Origin: an uncultured delta proteobacterium
GTDB taxonomy: Bacteria > Desulfobacterota > RBG-13-43-22
Assembly: GCA_963843145.1 (NCBI GenBank)
Contig: CAWJJC010000017.1
Location: forward strand, 96,001 to 160,000
Length of the DNA: 64,000 nucleotides
Direction: 5' to 3'
Position 1 is the first letter of the stretch. Each line of letters opens with the position of its first letter. The translations under genes were made by a program, and so were the position numbers. Below, piece by piece: positions 9,698 through 18,490 of this stretch. The notes below the pieces were generated by a model that did no database searches, was not told where the DNA came from, and worked only from the letters and a program-made list of their open reading frames with translations.

Positions 9698-10900
9698 ATG
9701 ATCCGGGTTTTCAAAGGGTTACTTTTAATTCTGCTTGCCTTTCAACTGTCTTCCTGTTTTTATCGACCCGTTGGTCCTCCGCTAACCTCTCCTGAGCCCT
9801 GTATCCTGGAACTGATTTCCGAGAGGGATTGGCCCCTTCTGGATGACGACGCCGACCGGGAAAGCCTTCGGCAAGCCCTGACCCAAAGTTTGATCTACCT
9901 CCAGAAGAGCTCCCCTCAAAAGACCTATCCTCTGGGAACTCGGGAAATTTCCAACGAAGAAATCCGATCCACCTTATCTCTTCTTCAGGAACTTCTGAAT
10001 ACCGATATGGATGTTCCTTCCCTGGAGCGGGAATTGAAGGCCCGTTTCAATTTGTACCAACTGGTATTCCCAAACCGATCAGCCGCTCTTTTAACAACTG
10101 GATATTATGAGCCTACTCTGGCCGGCAGTCGGGTCCCCTCCGATAAGTTTCCTTTTCCTTTTTATCGAAAACCGGATGACCTCCTGACCATCGACCTCGA
10201 GAATTTCTCAAGCAAATACAAGGGGGAACGGCTGATCGGACGATTATTGGGCCGAAAGGTCCTCCCTTATTTTTCCCGGCGGGAGATCGATCAGGAAGGG
10301 AAATTGGCCGGCCGGGGCCTGGAGTTGTATTGGACCGATGACCGTTTGAAGCTTTTTTTCATGCAGATCCAGGGTTCGGGCCGCCTGGTGCTCGAAGACG
10401 GCGCCTTCGTTCAACTCCAATACCGGGCGACCAACGGTCATCCCTATTTCCCGATCGGCCGGGAGCTGATTCGCCGGGGCATTTTAAGACCCGAAGAAGT
10501 CTCCCTGCAACGAATCTACGCCTACTTAAAGGATCATCCCCTTGAGCAGGATGAGATCTTGAACCTGAACCCCAGTTACGTCTTTTTCCAGGAGGCCCAG
10601 GGAGGGCCTTATGGAAGCCTGAACGTCCCCTTGACCCCCGGTCGGTCGGTGGCCATGGACCCGAAAATTTTCCCCCCTGGCGGATTGGCCTGGCTCACCG
10701 GGGTCAAGCCGGTATTCTCCCCCGACAATCAGATTCTTTACTGGGTCCCCATGAACCGCTGGGTGCTGGTCCAGGACAGCGGCGGGGCCATCAAGGGGCC
10801 GGGACGCCTCGATTTTTTCTGGGGTCCTGGGGCTCAGGCAGAAATGGCCGCCGGGCACCTGCGCCATGAGGGGAGGATCTATTTTATTCTTAAAAAATGA
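9698..10900 (+). CDS. mltA: Membrane-bound lytic murein transglycosylase A (lipoprotein)
   Basis: Lipoprotein-like signal MIRVFKGLLLILLAFQLSSC; TGYYEP, QIQGSG and QDSGGAIKG..R.DFFWG motifs. Start moved to ATG 9698, just after TTGACT-N17-TAAAAG. Confidence 0.92.
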   Translation: MIRVFKGLLLILLAFQLSSCFYRPVGPPLTSPEPCILELISERDWPLLDDDADRESLRQALTQSLIYLQKSSPQKTYPLGTREISNEEIRSTLSLLQELLNTDMDVPSLERELKARFNLYQLVFPNRSAALLTTGYYEPTLAGSRVPSDKFPFPFYRKPDDLLTIDLENFSSKYKGERLIGRLLGRKVLPYFSRREIDQEGKLAGRGLELYWTDDRLKLFFMQIQGSGRLVLEDGAFVQLQYRATNGHPYFPIGRELIRRGILRPEEVSLQRIYAYLKDHPLEQDEILNLNPSYVFFQEAQGGPYGSLNVPLTPGRSVAMDPKIFPPGGLAWLTGVKPVFSPDNQILYWVPMNRWVLVQDSGGAIKGPGRLDFFWGPGAQAEMAAGHLRHEGRIYFILKK

Positions 10901-10977
10901 ACATCGAATGTCCAACATCGACTATTAATTGAATGTTTGTTTTCATTCGATCTTGGACGTTCGATATTCGCTGTTCA
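10898..10977. repeat. Inverted heptamer-type repeat between convergent genes
   Basis: ATGAACATCGAATGTCCAACATCGA ... TCGATCTTGGACGTTCGATATTCGCTGTTCAT forms an imperfect long hairpin. Confidence 0.6.
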
Positions 10978-11751
10978 TCCTTTTTTCGCGATGATGGCAT
11001 AATCCCGGGCCAGTATGTTGAATGGAAACCAGTGGGAGAGATGGTCGTCTCCCTCGAGCAATCGGACGGGCTCGATCCTCTTCCCCAGCCACTCCATAAC
11101 CGACCCGGGCAGGAATTTGTGTTTGTCCCAATACAAAATTTGAAAACCAGCACCGCTCAAGAGGTCCCGGATCTCCTTCTGGCGGAAACAATACGCATGG
11201 TGCCACTTATTGAACACCCTGGCCAATAATTCCGAAGTCCCCCAGCGGGCCGGCAGGTTCCAGATAAACAACAAGCCCCCTGCTTTTAAGACCCGGTGAA
11301 TTTCTCCCAGGATCATCCGCTCGTCCCCGATCCCGTCCTCCCGGACATGTTCGAGAACCCCGGAGGAAATAAAACCCTCGATGGACCCGTCCTCCAATTC
11401 CAGACGATTGGGGTCCTGGCCCCATAATGTCGGCAGGTTGAAGGCCTCCTGAAAAAGAGGATAGTGCGTGGTTTCGTGCAGGAGATAGTTGAAAACGTTT
11501 CGGTAACCCAGGCCGAGTAAGATTTTGGTGACTTGACCGTACAGCCCTCCCCAATCAATGATCCGGGCTTTTTTTTCGGGCAAAAATTCCTCGATCAGCC
11601 GGCCATAATACACATAAATCAGCCAGTCGGATAAGGCTTTAATGTTCTCGGCGTAAGGAACCTGGTGGGTATCGATGATCCGGACATATTGCTGACGAAG
11701 ATCTTCAAATGGTCCTGTTCGGTCTAATTCTTTGATCAGCTCCCCCCGCAT
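10975..11751 (-). CDS. Class I SAM-dependent methyltransferase
   Basis: IIDWGGLYG motif I variant, SSGVLEHV, EIHRVLK.GG. Confidence 0.8.
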   Translation of the reverse strand: MRGELIKELDRTGPFEDLRQQYVRIIDTHQVPYAENIKALSDWLIYVYYGRLIEEFLPEKKARIIDWGGLYGQVTKILLGLGYRNVFNYLLHETTHYPLFQEAFNLPTLWGQDPNRLELEDGSIEGFISSGVLEHVREDGIGDERMILGEIHRVLKAGGLLFIWNLPARWGTSELLARVFNKWHHAYCFRQKEIRDLLSGAGFQILYWDKHKFLPGSVMEWLGKRIEPVRLLEGDDHLSHWFPFNILARDYAIIAKKG

Positions 11752-11800
11752 CCCCGATGCCTTCCTCCATTCATCCTTGTTGCCGGCTGAGGAGTGTTAA

Positions 11801-11816
11801 TGCAAGAATAGAACCA
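11801..11816 (-). promoter_or_regulatory. Possible sigma-54 promoter of the methyltransferase
   Basis: Minus strand TGGTTCTATTCTTGCA has the GG-N10-GC spacing. Confidence 0.5.
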
Positions 11817-11926
11817 GGCACCCCAAAGCATTTACTAACAATGGATAATTGATTAATAATTATGGTTGTCCGTCCTTTGGAGTGGGTGGCCACAACCTAA
11901 ATATAACCGGGGAATTGGGCCTCCGA

Positions 11927-12155
11927 GGCCGTCGGGTCTCGGCGAAAGGGTTTTGCATAATACTATTTTGTCTCTGCCCGGCCCCCGTGTTATTAAGTCT
12001 GCCCGGGCAGGGCCAGCCTGAGAGGAACAAAGCTCTGAGTTGGCCGCTTTAGATAAAATTGTAGTTCGCCCCGGATTCAAAGTCCGGAGAACCATTGGAA
12101 AACCCTTTCGCCGAGACCCGACGGCCATACCAGATCTGGGGGGTGCCCGCCCCAG
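11927..12155. repeat. Structured dispersed element, copy 1 (ncRNA or REPIN/MITE-like)
   Basis: 28-bp perfect inverted arms GGCCGTCGGGTCTCGGCGAAAGGGTTTT (11927-11954 and 12099-12126); a second copy lies at 48764. Confidence 0.8.
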
Positions 12156-12186
12156 GCCCTGCGGGTTGAGATAGAATCGGCTGGCC

Positions 12187-12807
12187 TTAGGCCGGCGCAC
12201 TCAGCGGAGTCGGAACACTGACCGGGACCCCTTCGTGGGGGGTCCTTTTTCTGGATTTTAGGGTCTTGGGATCCCTCAGCGTCCTTAATATTTCGATGCT
12301 GTCCTTCATCCCCTTGTAGAGCCTGGCCATATCGATGGCCATCCCGGCCATGGCGGCCATCGCCTGAACGAAATTTATATCGTCCATGGCAAATTCCCAG
12401 GGCTCGGCCGTATAAACCCGCAAAGCCCCAATGATATGACCGCCGGCCAATACCGGTACGGAAAGGATGGACGAAATCCCCTCCTGACGGGCTTCGTCCG
12501 GATATTGGATCCGGGGATCGTCCGTGACATCGTAAACAGCCACCGGCCCATCCGCCAAAGTCTGGGATAGGGAACGAAAGGCGCTGACCGGCCCTTTGTT
12601 CAGATACTCTTCACTCAGTCCAAAGGAGGCGGCCACCTCCAGGTCATTGGTCTGGCGATTCATCAGGAACAGGGTACACCCTTTGGCCTGCAAAGCGGTC
12701 TTAATACTCTCCACCGTCATCAGGATGACTTCTTCCGGGTCCTTGGAATGGGAGATGGCCTTGGAAACCTTGAGCATCGTTTCATAGTTTAGAAGTTGTT
12801 TTTTCAT
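12187..12807 (-). CDS. Stand-alone GAF domain protein
   Basis: GAF pattern (LEVAASFGLSEEY..KG, DPRIQY..EA..EGI.SILSVP, IGALRVY); AAGGAG RBS. Confidence 0.85.
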   Translation of the reverse strand: MKKQLLNYETMLKVSKAISHSKDPEEVILMTVESIKTALQAKGCTLFLMNRQTNDLEVAASFGLSEEYLNKGPVSAFRSLSQTLADGPVAVYDVTDDPRIQYPDEARQEGISSILSVPVLAGGHIIGALRVYTAEPWEFAMDDINFVQAMAAMAGMAIDMARLYKGMKDSIEILRTLRDPKTLKSRKRTPHEGVPVSVPTPLSAPA

Positions 12808-12933
12808 GGCTTCTCCTTTCCGGCTCAGGATGCAAATAAGCCGCTGGGCTAAGGGTTGATTGATTATTCACCATCCTTTTGATTCTCTTTCAATAATCGT
12901 TCCCAAAAACCCTTTTGGAAGCCTGGGGCCCCC

Positions 12934-12971
12934 AAAATACAAAACCCCATCTCGCTAATGGAAATGGGGTC
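12934..12971 (-). terminator. Intrinsic terminator in the 5' leader of the GAF gene
   Basis: GACCCCATTTC-7 nt loop-GAGATGGGGTT followed by TTGTATTTT. Confidence 0.6.
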
Positions 12972-13204
12972 GATCTCTCTGCCTTAAACCTCCCTGATAA
13001 GGGTTGCCAAACAGAACGCCTTTACTACTTAAATTTAATTAGATTGCAAAGACGCTCTCCTGTCAATAAAAAAATGATTTCCCGGGTTCGACTCAACGGG
13101 CCTCCTCCATCTCCTGCTCATCTTTTCCTTGCCTCCAGCCGACTTTATGAGTTAAGTTGAAAAATTAAAAATGTCAAGCGAGATCATTACCGGCAAGGAA
13201 TAAA

Positions 13205-14057
13205 GTGGATTTCACTTCTAAACGCAGGCTTCGGGTAACCGCCGATGATTTTGGGTTTACCCCGGGAGTTACCGACGGGATCCTCGAAGCGCATGACGAA
13301 GGAATTGTGACCCACACCTCCATCATGGCCGGGGGATTGGACTTTGACCGGGCCGTGGCCTTATCTCGCCAAAGGCCCGGTCTGGGAGTGGGCGTCCATT
13401 TAACCTTAACCTGGGGGCACCCCCTTTCATCTCCTTCCAGCGTCCCCAGCCTGGTGGGAGCGGATGGGAAATTAGTATCCTTGGGCGAGATCCTAAAAAG
13501 ATTTCTGATGGGCCGACTGGACCGGGGGGAGGTGGCCAGGGAATGGGAGGCCCAAATTCAAAGGGTTTCCCATTCCGGGATTAGCCCTACCCATCTGGAT
13601 AGCCACCATCACCTGCATCTCCTGCCGGGGCTCCTGCCGCTGGCGGCCCAATGTGCTCACAAATACCACGTACCCTGGCTGAGAAGGCCGGCTGAGGCCA
13701 TTTGGCAAGGGAGTCCCTTCCCATTCCGCACTGGTCAAACGCGTCATCTTCCGCCTCCTGACTCTCAGGTCCTGGCCGCTTCCCGCGAGTGACGCCTTCC
13801 GGGGGCTGTCCATTCAGGGCCGGCGGGATTACGCTGCCCGGCTCACCAGGACCATCCGCGGATTACCCCTGGGAACCACGGAATTCATGGTCCACCCCGG
13901 GAAACCGGATGCCCTCCTGGAAAAAGAGGACACCTTTGTCTGGGAAAGAGCGATCGAATTGAAAGGGCTCTGCGATCCCGTGGTCAAACGACTTCTCAAG
14001 GAGTTAGAAATTATCTTGGACCGGCCGGTCCCCGGGTCCGCTGAAGCGTCATTATGA
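13205..14057 (+). CDS. ChbG/HpnK (YdjC) family deacetylase, frameshifted near 13720
   Basis: ADDFG, GVHL.LT and HLDSHHH in the first frame; TEFMVHPG and R..E in the second frame, ending in an ATGA overlap with the next gene. Confidence 0.85.
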
Positions 14058-14791
14058 AGCTATCGGTCATCGTTCCCGTTTACAATGGCGCCGTCTTTAT
14101 TTCTGAAACTTTCCAGGAATTAGTGGATTATCTGGAAAAGCTGGAGGAAGAATACGAGCTCCTTTTTGTAGATGACGGCAGTCGGGATCATACGGCATCG
14201 ATTTTGGAGGAACTTGTCGGGAACCACCCCCGGGTCCTTCTGCTCCGGAACGAGACCAATCGAGGGAAAGGGTACTCCGTACGGGTTGGGATGAACCGGG
14301 CCCAAGGAGATTTGTTGGTTTTTACCGACGCCGATCTGGCTTACCCGCCCCCGGAGATTGGCAAGATCGTCCAAACCTTGCGAGAAGGGGTGGATCTGGC
14401 CATCGCCACCCGGGTGGCGCCGGGCTCCCGTTTCATTATGAGCCCCGAGTTTTTCGGCTATATCTATACCCGCCATATTGGCAGCCGCTTCTTTAATGGA
14501 CTGGTCAGAAAGGTGCTGGGCCTTTCCATTTTTGACACCCAGGCCGGACTGAAAGGGTTCAGCCGAAAGGCCAAAGAGATCATTTTCCCGCGGCAGACGC
14601 TGGAAGGCTTTACTTTTGATGTGGAACTGATTTATATCGCCGAAAAATTCGGATTGACGGTTCGAGAAGTTCCGGTCATCTTCCGCTATTTCTCGGAACC
14701 CACCACTGTTTCCTTTTTGAGGCAGTCTCTGGCCAGCCTAAAGGACCTTTTTACCATTCGTTCGCAGGACCATAAAGGCAACTATCAATGA
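14054..14791 (+). CDS. GT2 polyprenyl-phosphate glycosyltransferase (Dol-P-Glc/Man synthase-like)
   Basis: SVIVPVYN, VDDGS.D, NRGKG, DAD, DTQ.G.K, FDVE motifs. Confidence 0.9.
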   Translation: MKLSVIVPVYNGAVFISETFQELVDYLEKLEEEYELLFVDDGSRDHTASILEELVGNHPRVLLLRNETNRGKGYSVRVGMNRAQGDLLVFTDADLAYPPPEIGKIVQTLREGVDLAIATRVAPGSRFIMSPEFFGYIYTRHIGSRFFNGLVRKVLGLSIFDTQAGLKGFSRKAKEIIFPRQTLEGFTFDVELIYIAEKFGLTVREVPVIFRYFSEPTTVSFLRQSLASLKDLFTIRSQDHKGNYQ

Positions 14792-14850
14792 AGACGACCC
14801 CACAAAAAGTCCATCCGCAATAGCCCTTCATAAAAACGGAAGAAGGCGAC

Positions 14851-17531
14851 ATGAAAATCATTGCCCAAGCGAAAAACCGACTTTCCGAATTACTCGGCAG
14901 AACTTTTCTCGGAGGAGCCCTGGTCGTGCTCCTGCCTTTCCTGCAGCGACTGCTCTACCTGAATGGTTTGTTTTACGGCCGGGACTTCACTGAACTCATC
15001 GGAGCCCGGGGCTACTTCTATCACCAGTTACGCCAGGGAAAACTGGTCCTCTGGGATGCCGTTCAGGCCACCGGAATACCCTTCCCTACTTATTTTTTCG
15101 ACCTTTTTAACCCTCTTTCTTTGGTCTATACCTTTCTGTTGCAGGATGGCTACCTGAGGAGTAATCCAGCCCAATGGATGCTCACCATCCATTGTTCCCT
15201 GGGGGCGCTGGGGGCCTACCTTTTAGGGTTATCGCTGAACCTGGGCCGGACCGCCGCCGTGGTCATGGGGGTGATCATGGGCTGCTGCGGCGTGGTAGTG
15301 ATCAAAAGCGTAGAGCCGATGATGGTTCATACCTTTGTTTGGGCCCCCTTCGTCTTTTTATTTCTGCAACGTGCCCGCCGGCGAGGATTGAAACGGGAAG
15401 GATTATGGGCCGGGGTTTTTATGGGCCTTTGTTTTATGGGCGGACATCCTCAAATTTTTTATTATATCGGAGTGGCGGTCCTGCTCTATGCCCTCTATGG
15501 GCTGGTTGTGGACACCGAAGAGTCGGGGGTCCGGGCGGCCTGGGCCACGGCCTTCCGTATTTACCTGCCGCTGTCCCTTTCTTTTGTACTGACCAGCGCC
15601 CCCCAGTTGGCCCAGCAACTGGTCACCCTCGTTTGGGGTCCTGCGGAAGTGATAGAAGCCAGTACCCGCACCCTTCTAATTCACAGTCAAAGCGGTTCAG
15701 CCGACTTCAGCATGCTCTATACTTTCCTTTTCCCGCAATTAGAAGGGCGGTCACGGGGAAACTTTTTTTTACGTAGGCATCCTGCCCCTGGTTCTGGCCT
15801 GGGTGGCGGTCCTCCAGTTCAAGCCTCGTTCCGAGGCCGGTTTTTGGAAGGTGCTGGTTATCGCCTTTTTTACTTTTGATGATGGGAGGCAACCTGGGGA
15901 TCCACAAGATCCTGGTCTATGTGTTGCCCGGTTTCAAGTACTTTCCGCCTTCCCAGCCGTTATGTCTTTATAGTTTCCTTGGGATTGCTGGTCCTGGCCG
16001 GGTTTGGGGTTGCCCGACTACTCTCGGTTAAACGGGCTGAGGAGTTCGCCGGATTCACCCGGGGTCTGGCTATTATCATTGGCGGCTTTCTCCTGGTGAT
16101 GATCTCCCTGGTCGTCGTCAGCCACCTCGAGTTGATTAAAGACCAGGGGCCAATCATCCTGGTCCTGCATTCCGTGACCGGCGTCATTCTTTTTCTGGGG
16201 GCTACCTGGTTCGTATTCCGGAGGGTCCAGGAGGGCGAGACAGGCATCCGGCTTCAGTTTTTGATCGTGGCCATAGTGATTCTGGATTTGGCCTTTTACT
16301 ATCCCACAGCGGGGCTCAATTTCAATACGGTGAAGAGCGAAAGGGCCTACGGACCGGATCCCAGTGAGGTCACCGCGGCCATGGATGACCTCGCCAGGGA
16401 TCTGGGCCGTCTTTCCGCGGAAGGGCCTTCCCGCATCCTGATCGGCCTTCAAGGGGTTCGGGAACCCTGGGTAAGGAATGTCTCCCAGTCCGCTTTTTAC
16501 CGCTATCGGGTGCGGACTTTTAATTCCATTGACGGCTACCCGGAACGCCTTCACCCTCTGGGATACTGGCAATTGGTCTGGGAGGAGAGACTGATCGAGA
16601 TGCCCAGGGCGATCAGCCTCTTGGGGGTAAAATACTTGGAAAAAGGGCGCCCGGAAATTGCCGCCCGGCGGTCGCGGTGGGATCTGCTCGGTTTCTCCCA
16701 GGCCGCCATCCGCCTGAACCCGGGAGAAAAGGTCACTCAACTGACCCTGGACGCCCGGGTTGATGGCCTCGAAGGCAAAAGCCCGGGGCTGATTGTGGCG
16801 GAGATCGGACTGGTGGAGGGCACTCAACTGATGGGTAGTTGGCCGATATCGCTCGAACAACTTTCGAAAGGGGCGCCTCTGGAAATCCCCCTGGCCGGAC
16901 CCGTATCTGCTACAGAAATCCTGATGGCCTCCACCCAGCCCGAAGGAAAAGTCAGGATCGAAAAGGTCTCGGTCAACGGGAGTCCGGTTTCCGACACCCT
17001 GGAGACCACACCGGTCCGCAGTTGGCTGGTCCGTAACGAGCATCCCCAGTCCTTGGCCTTTTTCGTCTCCCGGGCGGCGGTCTTTAAGGACCAATCGGCT
17101 TACCTGGAGGCCCTTTATTCTGAGGACCCCACCCGTTGCGTGCTCTTTCGAGAGACCCCTCCCGGGTACCAGACCCCGGCCGCAATGACGGCGAATCCGG
17201 GGGGGAGGTCAAAATCCTTCACTGGGGAGACGAAAAGGTAGACCTTCAGGTGAAGGCCCGACGCCCCGGATATCTGGTCATGACCCAGGCGGCTTATCCC
17301 GGATGGACCGCCTGGGTGGACGGTCGAAAAACTTCGATCCTCAAGGCCTATGGATTTCTGACCGCGCTCCCGATTGGGCCGGGATCCCATCAGGTCCGCT
17401 TTGCCTATGGCGCCCCCTGGCTGGTGGCCGGGCTGTTTATCGCACCGCTCTGGCTCTTGGGGCTTCTCTTCTGGACGTTCCGGCGGAAAAAAGGCAGGCC
17501 ATCTGAGGGGATTTCCGAGAGACCCCGATAA
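14851..17531 (+). CDS. YfhO-family GT-C membrane glycosyltransferase, three apparent frameshifts (about 15745, 15940, 17200)
   Basis: LWD...G.P, GGHPQ, FRLPSR and YPGWTAWVDG motifs spread across consecutive frames; resembles 18491-21256. Confidence 0.8.
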
Positions 17532-17546
17532 CCTCCGGTGGTTGTT

Positions 17547-18230
17547 TCAACCGTTCAGGGTACAATGGAGCGTATACCGGTACTTGGAGTAGGAAAAATT
17601 ATTCTCCAGCTTGCGGGCGGCATACCCCAGCCCTGAAAGGGTTTGTCGCAATTGCTTCTCGTCATAGAGATAAAGGGAAGACGTTCTCAGGCTCAGCTTC
17701 GGATCGTCCCGGATATTGGTAATGATGAAGGAGAGCAGTTTCCTGAAAAATTTTTTTCTCATGCCGGTCAGCAATTGGGAGATGGCGTCGACCGCTTTCG
17801 AATAACCGGGGGGGACAATGTCGGAAATAATGATTCGGGTTTTTGAGTCACAGAGTCTTTTCAGCTCCCCCAGCATGTTCTTAACTTCGTCTTCCTTCAT
17901 GTAGTGGATGACACCGTTGATAATAATTAAAGAAACCGGTTCCTTTATGTTCTCTAGCGAGTGAACTACCTGGAGGTTGGGAAAGACGCCAAACCTATTC
18001 CTCAATTGGTCTAAAAAAAATTCCGATTTATCATACAAATAAATTCTTTCGACCTTATCCTTGATCAAATGGGAAACATCCCCCAATCCGGCCCCAAAAT
18101 CCAGCACTACATCGCGTTTTGAAAAACCGAAATATTTCTGGTAGGAGTCCACAAAATAGCCGGCCCAGATCTCCATGATGCCGTGATCGATTTTTGTTGA
18201 ACTGAAATGTTGATCCCACTCGGAAGGCAT
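17547..18230 (-). CDS. Class I SAM-dependent methyltransferase
   Basis: VLDFGAGLG motif I, NGVIHY. Confidence 0.8.
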   Translation of the reverse strand: MPSEWDQHFSSTKIDHGIMEIWAGYFVDSYQKYFGFSKRDVVLDFGAGLGDVSHLIKDKVERIYLYDKSEFFLDQLRNRFGVFPNLQVVHSLENIKEPVSLIIINGVIHYMKEDEVKNMLGELKRLCDSKTRIIISDIVPPGYSKAVDAISQLLTGMRKKFFRKLLSFIITNIRDDPKLSLRTSSLYLYDEKQLRQTLSGLGYAARKLENNFSYSKYRYTLHCTLNG

Positions 18231-18410
18231 CGGGTTTTTCTCCGTTGGTTCTGTCAGCGCCGTTTAATTCCAGAGTCGGGCCAGGGACTGGCCCGGGCTA
18301 AGCTCGTACTGACTAGTTAGTTCTTTCCTACCAAAAACCCTCCCCCGCCGTCAAGGCCGTATTACCGTGTAAATAGAATTGACCACCGTTTTCGAGTAGT
18401 TGTTTTTGAT

Positions 18411-18465
18411 TGTCATCCCGGACTCGATCCGGGATCCAGGCAGCTCGAACATTCCTTCGGGACGA
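18411..18465. repeat. Palindromic REP/RPE-like element
   Basis: TGTCATCCCGGACTCGATCCGGGATCCAG hairpin of the GTCAT...GATCC type. Confidence 0.55.
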
Positions 18466-18490
18466 TCCGAAATCTTTTTTAACCCCCCGG

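Noticed and set aside
11927-12155. TPP riboswitch, 6S RNA, RNase P RNA or tRNA as the identity of the two-copy element
   Set aside because: Isolated words (CTGAGA, ATACC, AAAGTCCGG) are present but not in the order or spacing of those RNAs; there is no cloverleaf or CCA end, and two dispersed copies with identical arms are atypical for them.
11853-12200. 115-aa ORF across the element
   Set aside because: The equivalent frame in copy 2 stops after about 23 codons, so coding is not conserved.
12990-13060. SAM-I, c-di-GMP or ANTAR identity for the GAF leader
   Set aside because: GGCAACC and CTTATC are in the wrong order for SAM-I, the GEMM core is missing, and the best ANTAR-like hexaloop (GCAAAGACGC) is on the opposite strand without a partner hairpin.
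16018-17094. 358-aa minus-strand ORF and other long overlapping ORFs (e.g. 24348-25166, 45076-45840, 51010-51780)
   Set aside because: They are antisense shadows of well-supported genes in GC-rich DNA and have no recognisable motifs.
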